Numbered from the whole stretch's first letter, positions 13,147 through 25,308 are shown. The stretch is 63,664 nt of DNA, filler included, from Bonamia ostreae (GCA_040357525.1; 21 parts of 21 records of this genome joined end to end with filler, not necessarily neighbours in it); one strand, 5' to 3'. Program-made: numbers and translations. Notes: generated by a model not told the origin, from the letters alone.

Positions 13147-14290
13147 ATCTTAACAAAAATTTTTTTGTTCTATCAATGAACCAAAATAAAATAACGTTTG
13201 TTGCAATTGGATAACAAGTTACAAAAAAAATCGTTCAAAAAGACAAATAATTGAGTCGCCAAACAAAAAGTCGTTCTTGTTTTAGGAAGAAAACTTTAAT
13301 GATTATTTTTATAAACCATTTTTAGCAGTTTCGGATTTTTTGTCATTAAAATTTTAAGTTACAAGTTTTGCAATTTTGTGTTTTTGTCGGTAAAATTTTC
13401 TGTAATGACGCAAGTTTATTGAACGATCTACTCAATAAACTCTTCGGTTAGAAAAGCAGTCATTTCGTATTTGAAATAATTTGTTTCATCTAAAAACATT
13501 TTGTGATCTTTTGCAATTTCGTTCGCTTCTATACAATTTTTCAAGTTCGGAATCTCTTTTCTCTAAAATCACTTTTTTCTAGTTGTTCATCGCTTCGTTC
13601 ATTGTAAATAACTTTTTTCGTTCATTGTTGTCTTTGTCAAAAACTAAAAACAAGGACTGTTTGTTAAATATGAAGACATTGGCTTCATGGGCAGTTTTCC
13701 TTTTAGATATATTCATCATCTCGTCTTCTTCAATGCGATTTTCTTCCGCTCTAGCAAAATTAAAAACATCAAATTCGCAAATTCCCAGTAAAATATCCCT
13801 GGTTGAAGACTTATTTTGTCCATGAATTTGAACTCGATCGAAGAGTTTTGATACAAATCAATCTGTGTTTAGTTTCTTCTTCATTCAATATGTCTATTGA
13901 AATGGTTGAAGCGAATTTGAAACGAACATTGAAATGTCCATTTACCGTTTTTTGTAATTTTAGACATATTTTTTGAAGAAATATCCTTCAATTTTATTGG
14001 CTATATCTAATTTTAATGTTGTTTTATTAAACTTTCGTTTGATTGTTATATAAAAAATTTTATTTTTTTATAATTTTTAAAGTTCTAAATTTATTTAAAA
14101 GATTTTTCATCGTAATTCTAAATTTATAAAAATTTTAAGATTTCTAAAATAAATATTGATTAAACGGTTTCGAAAACATTTATTGAAATTTAAATTTTGC
14201 GTGAACAGAATAAATAAAAATATTTTTGTAAAATATTTACTAAAAGAGGAGAGGGCTCATAGCCCCCGATCTTGGCCGATCCGTTACAAT

Positions 14291-15085
14291 TTACTTGTTG
14301 CGGCGGAGGAACGCCCTTTCGGTCACGTCATTCCTCCGCAACAACATATAGCACATTTGAATCAACGCTCCCGTGAGATCCGTCATCTCCTCTCGCAAGA
14401 TGCCGATTCGTTGGGAAATGCTATTCATACTTCGATCCAGCGCGTATCGCGCGATCTCCGTCATATTCACGTTCACCATCCTAGTCTGCAGAAGTTCAGA
14501 GTACCTGCTTCTGCTGCCCGCTCGTACGCTTCGGATGGGGCTCGCTTCGAAAGCGAATGAGAACATTGGGTCAAACAAATCGATTTCAAAGGGACAGCGT
14601 ATTCGCCGTTCTCTCGCTGTCAGGATGCCTCCTGCTTCGATTCGATCAGTGGAAGCTCCTTGGAAAACGGGGAACAGGGAAGATTGAGGTGATTCCCAGC
14701 GGTACCGCCCTGGTTGCAGGACGAAGCGGCGCCGCGGGAACCGGAATTCGAAAACCATGCATTGCAAGCTCGGCGAAACTGGTCTGGTCTGGGCCGTCAG
14801 CAATGGCCGGTCGCCAACGCATCCGAGCCGGTACAGCCGCAGCCCGACCAAGATCGGAGAAGTGGCGTTTGGGGCGTATGGCGACAAGGCTATGCCGATG
14901 CGCGCCCTGGTCGCTATAACTGGCTCTGTGACCACGAAGTCGAGGCCGGAGTTGTTGCACGGCGGCCCGAACTGCATGGGACAAGTTTCGTTACGGGCCG
15001 GACCGGCCGGAGACGATGGCATTGGGAAACTGTAGGTCGCCACTGGGCTCGCGATTAGCAGAATTGTGTAAATGATTTGAAGCAT
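14291..15085 (-). CDS. Secreted orphan protein, Arg-rich and essentially Lys-free
   Basis: 264-codon ATG-initiated ORF, GC-rich against AT-rich flanks; hydrophobic signal peptide; N-glycosylation sequons NET, NNS, NAT, NMT. Confidence 0.75.
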   Translation of the reverse strand: MLQIIYTILLIASPVATYSFPMPSSPAGPARNETCPMQFGPPCNNSGLDFVVTEPVIATRARIGIALSPYAPNATSPILVGLRLYRLGCVGDRPLLTAQTRPVSPSLQCMVFEFRFPRRRFVLQPGRYRWESPQSSLFPVFQGASTDRIEAGGILTARERRIRCPFEIDLFDPMFSFAFEASPIRSVRAGSRSRYSELLQTRMVNVNMTEIARYALDRSMNSISQRIGILREEMTDLTGALIQMCYMLLRRNDVTERAFLRRNK

Positions 15086-15934
15086 TTGTTTTCGAATGTT
15101 TTACGAGAATGAATTTTTGTCACTAACTCGTTTTCGAAATAAGAATTTTCACTTTTGTTCTGACAATTAGCAGTGAATGCAATGACTTGTTTTGTTCTCC
15201 ATTTTTAGCAATTTGTAATTTATTGAAATNNNNNNNNNNNNNNNNNNNNNNNNNNNNNNNNNNNNNNNNNNNNTTAATTAATTAANNNNNNNNNNNNNNN
15301 NNNNNNNNNNNNNNNNNNNNNNNNNNNNNCGGATCTTCTGAAAATGATGTAGCTCTCCCTATTTTAAAGTTGTGACGATCGATTATGTTAAAATCTGTTA
15401 TATGTAGTAGTAACAGTTTATTTTTTAAATAGTGCTAATGTTGTTAATAACCAGAAAAGTAGAAGAAAATGGGCATTCCGAATTGGACAAAAATTCTAAA
15501 AATTCCATCCAAAATATCTTTTTCTAGCATTGTCAACGTCATCACGTATTCAAAAGAGCTGAGAATGTGTATTGATACTACCAAATATATTGCAATGCTT
15601 TTGTCGATTAAAAGGGATTAATAAATTTTTAAAACTTTAAATCTAAACGAAATTTAATTGCTTTAAAAACTTTCTCATCCAATCTGTAAAGACAGATCTT
15701 GAATAATCTTTTTTGTCAAGAAGTAAATCCTTATTTAATGTATTATAATAGTGATTGGACATTATATTTTTAAATTTATTATCGATCATTCTGTTCTTTT
15801 TTTAGGATCCTATTCTTTGATATATTTTTTTCTTAATTTATTCTTTAATATATCTTTTAATAGCAAATCTATTCTTTAACATATCTTTTAATATATTAAA
15901 AAATTCCAAAATAATCTTTATTTTTATTCAAAAA

Positions 15935-16680
15935 ATGGAAAATAAAAACAACTTTGAAATGACAACTCCAATCCAAAGAAAAATATCGCCATTTGTAACT
16001 AAATTACATTTAGCTATAAACGATGAAAAAGTTACAAAATCTTTGATACAAAAACATTTTGTTTAAATATTTGTAAGATCACAATAAAAACGATTCGAAA
16101 AAAAATTTTACAAAAAGCTAAATTTCGCCATAAAATGGTCTAACGAAGACAAGAAAATAATTGCAATAACAACAAACAAGTTAGAAGAGATACTTCCAGA
16201 ACATTTTGGCATCAACAAAACACAGTTGTTCAAAAGACTCCTAAGAATTTACGGATTTGAGCAAATGAACACTTTTAATTTATCAGAAAACGGTAGAGAA
16301 TTTTGGCGGAACAATTTTTTTGTGAAATATCAATTTCCGTTGTTGCGGCTAATAAAAACGAATATTGAAAGAAGAAAAAAGTATTTTAGAAGAGGGGATA
16401 ACTTGGTTTGCGTGTTGATAAAAATAAAAGGAATTCAGAAACAGAACAGATTGTTGAAAAGGAAAGTTTTATTCTTTTGAATAATTTTGTTATTCAATTT
16501 ATATTTCAGTAATGATCTTTTTTAATATTTTTATATCTAAAATTTTTCTACCTTTAATTTTTCTTGCATCACTAAAAATTAAAAGTACAAAATAGCGAAA
16601 CAAATGAAAAATCTTGTTCTTGAAATGCTATCAGATTTGTCAGGATATACAGTCGAAGATTTAAAAACAAAAATAAATAA
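15935..16680 (+). CDS. HSF-type DNA-binding domain protein (divergent); multi-exon
   Basis: ISPFVTKLHLAI..AIKWSNEDK..ILPEHFG..LFKRLLRIYGF..EFWRNNFFVKYQFPLLRLIK; 3' end approximate. Confidence 0.8.
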
Positions 16681-16920
16681 ATTTTAAATATTATAAAAAA
16701 GACTCAATTGGATTGTTGATTAATTTTTTTATGTTAAAAATTTTTTAATATAAAAAGAATAATTTTGATTTTATCGGTCCCAATTTTTATTTCAGCTGGC
16801 CGTTCTTAATTAGATTTATTTTCATAATCATCTTTATTGTGTTTAACCTTAAGTGGTTTAACCTTAAATAGAAACTAATTTACATATATTTTCAAACAAT
16901 ATTATCTGTACAAACCTTCT

Positions 16921-18100
16921 ATGGAAAGCTGGATTGAACATTTACACATTACATCGGAAGAATTGAAGAATGCAACATGTTCCTGGCATGAAAATTGTGA
17001 AAAATCTATTAACGATTATGAAGCAGTAGATGTCATTTGTAAAACTGCAACAAGTACAATTTTGAAAGGTAAATTTTTTCAACGCAATATTTAAATATTT
17101 TGTAGTTAAAAATAAAGACGAAATTTATGCAGTAAAATGCATAGACACAACTAATGACATGAGAAAATTTCGAGCAGAAGTCGAGGTGAACAATTTATCT
17201 GTTTTGGCCGGACACGAAAACATTGTGAAGTGCCTGCACGTGTTTGATACAGAAAACCATTCTCTCATTTTCAAAGAACTCTTAATGGGTGACGCATCGT
17301 TTTACATTTACATTTGATTAACTTAATTACCAACATTAATTATAATATAAAGAGATTACAAAGGAGAAAAAGATTTGAATTTCTATAGTTTTATACAATA
17401 ATTAGTATCATTATTTTAAAATTCCTTCGATTAACTGTAAACGTAAAGGTGTTTTAGGTGCAACTGTAGCAGAAGTACTTAGATTCATGCACACAAAACA
17501 AATTGTTTACGTCGATTTAAAAGCAGAAAACCTCATGTTTGACTTTACTGGAAAATTAAAATTGTGCGATTTTGATTTGAGCTATAGAACAAATATTGAA
17601 TATAGGATAAAATTAATAAAACGTGGTTCTCGGGTTTCAGCTGGTTTTAAAATTAAAAACAAATTAAATTTACCGAAAACAATTTTCAAATATTATGGTA
17701 TTTAAAGCACCAGAACAGTCATTTGGAAAGTGTACAAATCAAACAGATTGGTATTGTTTTGGTATGACGCTTTGGGAACTTTTAAGAGGTAAGACACCTA
17801 ACGCTGATTTTTATGGAGATGACTTTTGGTCTGACATTAATGAGAATAAAGCTGACTTTTTTATATTCTTTGATGGTTTTTGGGGAAAAGTAGCCAGATT
17901 GATAAACAAATGCCTTAAAAATGAACCAGAAAAAAGATTGCATTTAGATGATGATAAAGTTTTTCGTCAAATAAAACTTTTTCAGAATATAACCGAAGAA
18001 AATATTAAAAAGTTTTTTCAATTGTAATAACAGGTTCCAAGATGATATAGTATGTGGATTGCTAAGAAAATTTTTGTTCTTATACTAAAATCTTATCTTG
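16921..18100 (+). CDS. Ser/Thr protein kinase (AGC-like, divergent); multi-exon
   Basis: YAVK, HENIVK, IVYVDLKAENL, KLCDFDLS, APE, TDWYCFGMTLWELL, CLKNEPEKR; 3' end approximate. Confidence 0.85.
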
Positions 18101-19234
18101 AATAAATGATATGAGAAATTATTTTTATCTGCCAAATTTACAAATTAAATAATATAATATTTGCTTGTCAAAAACAGTTTTCGTTTGTTCAATTTAAAAT
18201 TGCAAAAAAAATAAATGGGAAAAAGAAAGTTAAAATTGCAAGATCTAAAAATCGCAGAAAAATAAAAAATTTTGCAANNNNNNNNNNNNNNNNNNNNNNN
18301 NNNNNNNNNNNNNNNNNNNNNTTAATTAATTAANNNNNNNNNNNNNNNNNNNNNNNNNNNNNNNNNNNNNNNNNNNNTGTCTCTTTCAGAATATTCCACA
18401 TGAGTCTTTGAAGCATTGAATGAAAAGGGCGCACGAGTAGTAAATTTATCACAGTCGACTTTTATGAATTCTATTAATTTTTTAATCTTGATGAAATTAA
18501 CCTTTTATTTCTTCTGATGCCATTTTTAAAATTTAAAAAATTATTAGTTTAATTTTAATTTGTTTTTCTGTAATTTTGTGTAAAAATTGTATATATTTAA
18601 TTTTTGATTATTTTTCATCAAAATCGTCAATGGTCTAATCATTTTTTAATCATTTTAATTTTGTCATTTTTATCATTTTTAATTTTTCCACAATTCATTT
18701 TATAACAAGTATTAAAATTGTTTTATCGCGAAACCTATTTAGAGATCAATCATTTAGCATTTCATCAAAAGATAAAATTTTTAACTTGACAAATCATTTG
18801 TCTTGATTTATTTAATTTGTTGGTTTTTGATTTGACAAATTATTTGATTCTCTAAAAACATGAGGATCTTTTTTGATAAAATGTCTTCAAAGATATTATC
18901 TTCTAATAGAAGTCTTTATTTTAAAACTTAAAAGAAAAAAAATTAAAATTGAATATTAGACGACAAATTGTCAAAAATAATAATTTGGGGCATAAAAACG
19001 GATCGAGTAAACTATTTGAAGATTTTGATCAAATATCTACAAAACAATTTTGAAGATTGCTTTTTTTCAAGCAATTTTAAAAATTCTGCAACTTTTAAAA
19101 AAAGTTATTGAAGTGCCTTACTTCAAAACGAAAAACATTTCGCTTTAAAATTTACTTAAAACGAAATTTTCAATACAACTTTTCGAAAAATAATTAAATT
19201 TGATTAAAAAAAATTAAATTGATTTTTTTATTGT

Positions 19235-20336
19235 CTAAATCAATTTTTTCAGTTTGAAAAAGTGCTTGAGAACGTACATTTGAGCAACTGAAAATACGAC
19301 GAACAGAAAAGTTTCCAACATGCTAATGTTCTTAATCAGTTCGCTCGTTTCGTCGGTCATTTTCGTCATCTGGGATTCTCTGATATTTTGTATTATCAAT
19401 TCCTGTTTTATTTCAACCATCAAATCGATCATTTTTTTCATTTCTATCTCTATTGCTTTTTAAAATTTATTTTTGTAATTTTGATTTTTAGAATATTTGT
19501 GGAACCTCCCATTTTTTCAAATTTGGCAAAGTCTATTGAATTGTATTTATCATCTATTCCGGATTCTATCGATATTTTCTTTATGTGTTATTAGACAAAA
19601 AAAATTTGGACAAAGAAATTTGAAAAAAGATTAAAGAATTAAAAAAAATTTGAACGTAAAACAAAAAATTGACGAAAAAATTAAAAAAAAGTGTTGAACG
19701 AAAAAAAAATGAATTAAAAAATTTCAACGAAAAAAAAAGTGAATTAAAAAATTGGACGAAAAAAATTAAAAAATGTGAATTAAAAAATTTCAACGAAAAA
19801 AAAATGTCAATTAAAAAATTTGGAAGAAAAAATTAAAAAAGTGAATTAAAAAATTGGACGAAAAAATTTTGACAAATATTAGATTAAATTGACTAAAAAC
19901 AGTTTTGATTTGCGGACCGTTATTTCCGGTCTGGAAACAAAGATTGTAAACTCCGTCGGCTCTACTCATAAAAACGAATCGGTCTTCTTTCTTCAGATAA
20001 CGCGATTTTATTTTGTTCCCATTTTCGTCCAAAACATAAATCAAAATGTTCGAATGTCCAGAATCGTCTTCCATTTGACTGGAGACCTTAATTTTAGCAT
20101 TGTAGATCGCGTTTTCTTGCACTTTTTTTTGTTAAATTATTTTGGCGAAATTTTATTTTGTGCAAAAGAATTTTGACATTTCAAATAAAAATTGTTTTTT
20201 GGATTAAAAAACGATCTTCTTTAAGACAAAAATTTTCTTTGCGGCGATGATCATTTACGTAAAAATGGAAAGCGGTCGATAATTTCAAAAACAAGAAAAA
20301 AGCCCATATTGCCCCATTTATCACCTTTTTAGACAT
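19235..20336 (-). CDS. p24/emp24/TMED GOLD-domain cargo receptor; multi-exon
   Basis: Signal peptide MSKKVINGAIWAFFLFLKLSTA, GVYNLCF, coiled coil, TM helix, tail AQMYVLKHFFKLKKLI. Confidence 0.92.
19595..19870. repeat. Minisatellite filling a p24 intron (GAATTAAAAAATT(G/T)(G/C)ACGAAAAAA units)
   Basis: Many degenerate copies between exons. Confidence 0.8.
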
Positions 20337-20593
20337 AAAATCAAACGAAATATTTATGTAATTTGAACGTAACTACTATATAGTTATTTTTTAATAAAAG
20401 ATCTTGAAAAATGACGGAAAATATATATTTTCAATAATTTAGAACTGGCAACATTTTCTTAAAATATTTTTTCTTCGTTAACAAAATTGTTAAAATTTTT
20501 TATTTGTTAATAATATTTTTATATTTATGTCCCAGACTTAACTTTGTTCGGATATTATTAAAACCGCAAAATCAACCGCAAAATATTAAAAAA

Positions 20594-21049
20594 ATGAACA
20601 CGATTAATATTATAATATTGTTCCAAATCCACTTTTTGCTCTTCGCAAAATTTTCTTTATCGTCGAATTCAACTATTTTAAATAATTCTTGTCCGTTGCC
20701 AAAATTGACTGAAGATCAAACTTTCAAAAAAACGACTACAATTTTTAAAGATAAATCGACGAAAACATTATTCTGCAAAGAAAAAAAATTCTACAACAGC
20801 GCCATTCGTTACAATGTCTTTGAAAAGAAGATTTTGTGTGATGTGGAAAAACAAAAATATTTTGACGTTGAAAATGGTCAAAAATACGATTTTGAGAGTA
20901 CTGAAATTTGTCATTACAGTTATATTTTGGTTTCCTGCACTTTTATTTCGGTCGCTTATAGTCTCCTTAATTGTCTAAATTTATGTTTTTTATTAAATAA
21001 ATTTTTCTATTTAGATTACAATTTCGTTTTTATTTATAAATTGTTATAA
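20594..21049 (+). CDS. Putative type-I membrane protein with one Sushi/CCP-like Cys module
   Basis: Signal peptide, CPLP..C..C..C spacing, C-terminal hydrophobic segment; 3' end may be spliced. Confidence 0.5.
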   Translation: MNTINIIILFQIHFLLFAKFSLSSNSTILNNSCPLPKLTEDQTFKKTTTIFKDKSTKTLFCKEKKFYNSAIRYNVFEKKILCDVEKQKYFDVENGQKYDFESTEICHYSYILVSCTFISVAYSLLNCLNLCFLLNKFFYLDYNFVFIYKLL

Positions 21050-21780
21050 TTTGCTTAAATTACAAAATAAATATAAAAAAGTGAGGCTTTATTTTAAAAA
21101 TGTTTTATTGTTCAAATTTTAAAGAATAATGAAGAAAATAATAATGACAATCAAAATATTGTTTTTTATAAAAATTAAAAGGAAATGGAAGTTTTATAAA
21201 TTTATTAAAAACGAAGAATTTGAATGCTCAGCAACAACAGCCATCGAATGTTTTAAATAAAAATCGAATTAATTTTAATAAACTTAGATTCCAGATGTTT
21301 TTAAATTAAGCGAACTTTAAGAATCNNNNNNNNNNNNNNNNNNNNNNNNNNNNNNNNNNNNNNNNNNNNTTAATTAATTAANNNNNNNNNNNNNNNNNNN
21401 NNNNNNNNNNNNNNNNNNNNNNNNNTTTAATAATGTTTAAAAATATTTAAAAATAATTTAAAATTTTTGACAATTATCTCTTACGATTAAAAATTATGTG
21501 TACGCAAAAATATAAAATGGAAGATAAATTAATCTTTTAAAATTTCAAAATAAATAAAAGAATTTGAAATGTGTGGGATTTGAGAACTTGAAATATAATT
21601 TTGAAAGGAAAAGGATTAAAAAATATTAAAAGGAAATGGGAGGAGAAAGACAATGTTCCTTGTAATTTATGATAAATGTCTTGAATATATTATAACAAAA
21701 ATATTATTTAGTAATTTAACATTTCGAATACTATAATTATAACAAAATATTCCGAAAAATATAACAAAACGGCAAATTTA

Positions 21781-22112
21781 ATGACAAAATATTATTTGTC
21801 AAAATTGGCTTTGTTGTTTCTGATTAAGTATTTCCAAGCTAACTATATCATTGATGATCCATCGCCTTGTTATAGCTATAACCAGGAAGTGTGCAATGGT
21901 TTAACAAAATGTTACTGGGACAGTAGCGACAATTGTGGAAGTTGTTAACGATTTTTACAAAAGAGTGTGAATACGAGTGCGAATATAGTTATTCGCCCGT
22001 TTGCGGCTCAGATATTATTTTTTACGCTAATTTGTGTGTCTTTGAAGTCGAAAAGTGTACAAGAGCTGATTTACATTATTCTACTGTCGACTTTAGACTC
22101 TGTGAAGAATAA
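21781..22112 (+). CDS. Secreted Kazal-type serine protease inhibitor A (102 aa; intron 21941-21963); P1 = Tyr
   Basis: Spliced product ...NCGKCEYECEYSYSPVCGSDIIFYANLCVFEVEKCTRADLHYSTVDFRLCEE with all six Kazal cysteines. Confidence 0.9.
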
Positions 22113-22176
22113 AACCTTATTCCTTAAATTTTGAACAAAATAACTATTTTATTTTAACAAACACAAATTTTATTTT

Positions 22177-22491
22177 TCAGTTTTGGGGATCACAAATACC
22201 CCTTTTTTTCACTTGCAAATCTTCTCCACTGTAACATTTTCTTAAATTAAGGTGACATTCATTATTATAAGAAATATTGTCACTGCCGCAAACCGGATAG
22301 AAAAATTTTAAACAATTATCTTTGCACACTTTAGAAAACTATAATAAAAAATTACCGCCGCAATTTTTTTCTAAATCCCAACAGCAAAGCGGGTTACTGT
22401 CACAAATCACTTTCTCGTCTACAAAACATTCTTCAAATTTTGTGCTTTTGATAAACGCCATGCACAGCAATAGTATATATTTTTTAACCAT
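22177..22491 (-). CDS. Secreted Kazal-type serine protease inhibitor B (95 aa; intron 22329-22355); P1 = Lys
   Basis: Spliced product ...NCGVCKDNCLKFFYPVCGSDNISYNNECHLNLRKCYSGEDLQVKKRGICDPQN. Confidence 0.92.
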
Positions 22492-23414
22492 TTTTTATTC
22501 AAATGTGCCTTTTTAAATTTTTATATTTGATTTCCTTGCAATTTCTCTAAACGACAACAATATTTTCAAATTTTTATTCGATTGCGATATTTTTAAATAT
22601 CTTTAATTCAAAAATCGATTTTACCAAAAAACTTTTTATTCAAAAAAATTTAATATTTGAACAAACTCTTTAAAAGTAATAGTTCTCTTATTGATTTTGT
22701 CTTCCCAATATTGTTGTACTTGTAACAAAGGAATTGCGCTTTCAACAAAGTAGTTTTCCGCTTCTTCATCTATATTAATGAAAAAATAACAAGTGATCAT
22801 TTTAGAAAAATTATCATCATTTTGATAAAACATTTCATACACTCTTTCTGCCTTTTCCAGGTTAAATTTTGGCGGTTTTGTGTCAATTTTAACAATGTTT
22901 TCTTTTAAAAGCTTTTTGTAGTGTACTAATAAACTTTTGTGTTCTGTTGGCACATTGATATTAATCTTAAAGCCAGATAAAACTCGGTTTCATTCAACTC
23001 AGAAGGTTTGTTTCGACAGCAAATATCCCAAATTAACTTTTGTGAAAATATAAACTTCCAAATTCTTCATTTCAACACCGCTTTTAAGAAAAAGTTTTTT
23101 TGCGTTTTCAGATGTGCACTTTTCTTGATTTTTAAATAAAAATTACTGGCTCTTTGGATATTATTCCAATGCTTCGAATATAAATTAATATCTTTTTTGT
23201 TTTAAAATCGCAACAAAATTTTTGACCATTTTGTGACAAGAGATTATCCCCTTGTCACTATTGAAGGGGTATTGTAATAATTCCATTTAAAGCGAATAGC
23301 GGTTTTTTTATCTAAAATGAAAATATGATTTTTGAAATATTGTTTATCAATTTGCAAATTTTGGAATATTTTTATTGAGTCAAAAAGAATTTTCAACACG
23401 TTAAAATTTAATCC

Positions 23415-24040
23415 TCATTCAACAGAATCAACATTTTTCCCAACAATCTCCTTTTCCTTCGAATTCTTTTCGACTTTTTCTGATTGGACATCTTTTTCTA
23501 GATTCTTTCTTTTCTGAATCTCGAAATTCTCTTCGAGGACAGGCGAATCGTCTTCTTCCCAAAGTAGACTTTTCTTTGTTTCATTCAATACCTTCAAAGC
23601 CTCGCTTTTTCTCAGCTTAGACTGTTCTTCGGCGTCGGAGCTACTTTTGGGCTGAGATATTGTCTTCAACTTGTCCCATTCGAGAGAATTTGTCTCATCC
23701 TTTGACATACTCGGAGCTTTAATATCAGTGATCTTGACTTTAAAATTTTCCTTGTTTTTGAGAGGGCAATCATTTTCCATGTGAAACTTTCGCAGCAAGT
23801 TTGAAACACATCTCATTCCACAAAAATCACAGCGAATTGCAGTAGAAATTTGGAAATGGCTGTTCTTCGAATGGTGATTCAATTGACTTTCGGTCCTGAA
23901 TCTTTTTCCACAAAGGAAGCAGACATACGGCCAGTCTTGAGGCGGAATTGGATTGATCTTGTTGTTTTTGATTTTCCGCTTCGATTCGTGGGTCGGATGT
24001 ATTTTCTTCTGCTCTTGATCTTTGTCGATCTAAATATCCC
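23415..24040 (-). CDS. C2H2 zinc-finger protein (exon; gene probably continues toward ~22600)
   Basis: YVCFLCGKRFRTESQLNHHSKNSH and CDFCGMRCVSNLLRKFHMENDC in one frame. Confidence 0.7.
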
Positions 24041-25308
24041 ATAAATTTAAAATTCGACAAGTTTGTTTATATATGTTAGTAATTATAAGCAAAATTTCTC
24101 GTTCAAACAAAACAAAGATTAAAGGCTTCAATTTGCGAATTGAATTAAAACGACAAAATTATAAATTTGTTGACCAAATTACGAACGAATCAATAAACTG
24201 AAAATAAAGCAACAATGAAAAATCGCAACAAAATTGCTTAAACAAAATTTTTACTTAAAAAAAGTAAATTTATCGAAACGAAAATTTTTTGTCGAATCAA
24301 AATTTGGGCGGTAAATTACAGCAACTTTGAATAAATGTTTTCTATAAATGGTTAATATGCTATAACGACAGNNNNNNNNNNNNNNNNNNNNNNNNNNNNN
24401 NNNNNNNNNNNNNNNTTAATTAATTAANNNNNNNNNNNNNNNNNNNNNNNNNNNNNNNNNNNNNNNNNNNNCAAGACATTCAGCGATAATTGTAATCTTG
24501 GTAATCAATTGATAGCTTCAACAATTATACTTCTTCTTGTTAATATCAAGGTATTTTGTAAAGAAGTGGTACAACACATCTAAAATTCTGTCTTCAGTTC
24601 CCTTGATTAAGATGAACTTTCCACACTTTATATTTGTACAGTAAGTATAGCAATGTTTGGCTTTTACACTTCTAAAGGGGAGTAGATAATGATTTTAAAT
24701 CAAGAATAGGCACCTGAAATTCAAAAATAACAAGAACTCTAATTCATGTGTCATATGACTAGTTAAAGTCATGGTTAATATCTGTATGTATAAAAGAGAT
24801 TTAACTTCTGTGATTTCCTTTTACCTAATTAATTTATGGTTTCCGTCGATATGCCAAAGTGAAAGAGGTGATGGTACTTGGTATGTCCGTCTCCTTATCA
24901 CAATCATACTCCTTGAGGTTTGACGTGCTGGGTTAAGACGATGCATAGAATCTCTGATTCTTTGTCTTTGAACACGAATAGATTCAGACCTCAAAAAACC
25001 CTTGAATTGTTTTGTATCCTGTCAAAATAAATGTATACCTATTTAGATATATGTATTTCCAAATATTTGGTTGGTTCAGCAACTTAATCAAACATATATG
25101 TTTGATATCAGATTACTCAATTTCCTTTTGTATTGTTATCTTGCATTAAAAAGAGAATACCTTCAGAATGTAAATTTCAGCTTTCTTTCAAAGATTATAG
25201 AAATTAAGTAGTGGGTACAATTTATCACTAAATGTCCCTGAAAGGGATATACATACAACATGGAAATGCACACAGTCATACTACTAAAGTATACCCCACT
25301 AGCTAATT

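Noticed and set aside
13200-13970. Probable minus-strand multi-exon gene (similar cases at 44200-45598 and 40950-41650)
   Set aside because: Could not build a consistent spliced model or recognise a family, so not called
14156-15058. Overlapping plus-strand and alternative-frame ORFs as extra genes, and high GC as proof of horizontal transfer
   Set aside because: Shadow ORFs are expected in GC-rich coding DNA; native genes such as SPF45 and ubiquilin are also GC-rich relative to their flanks
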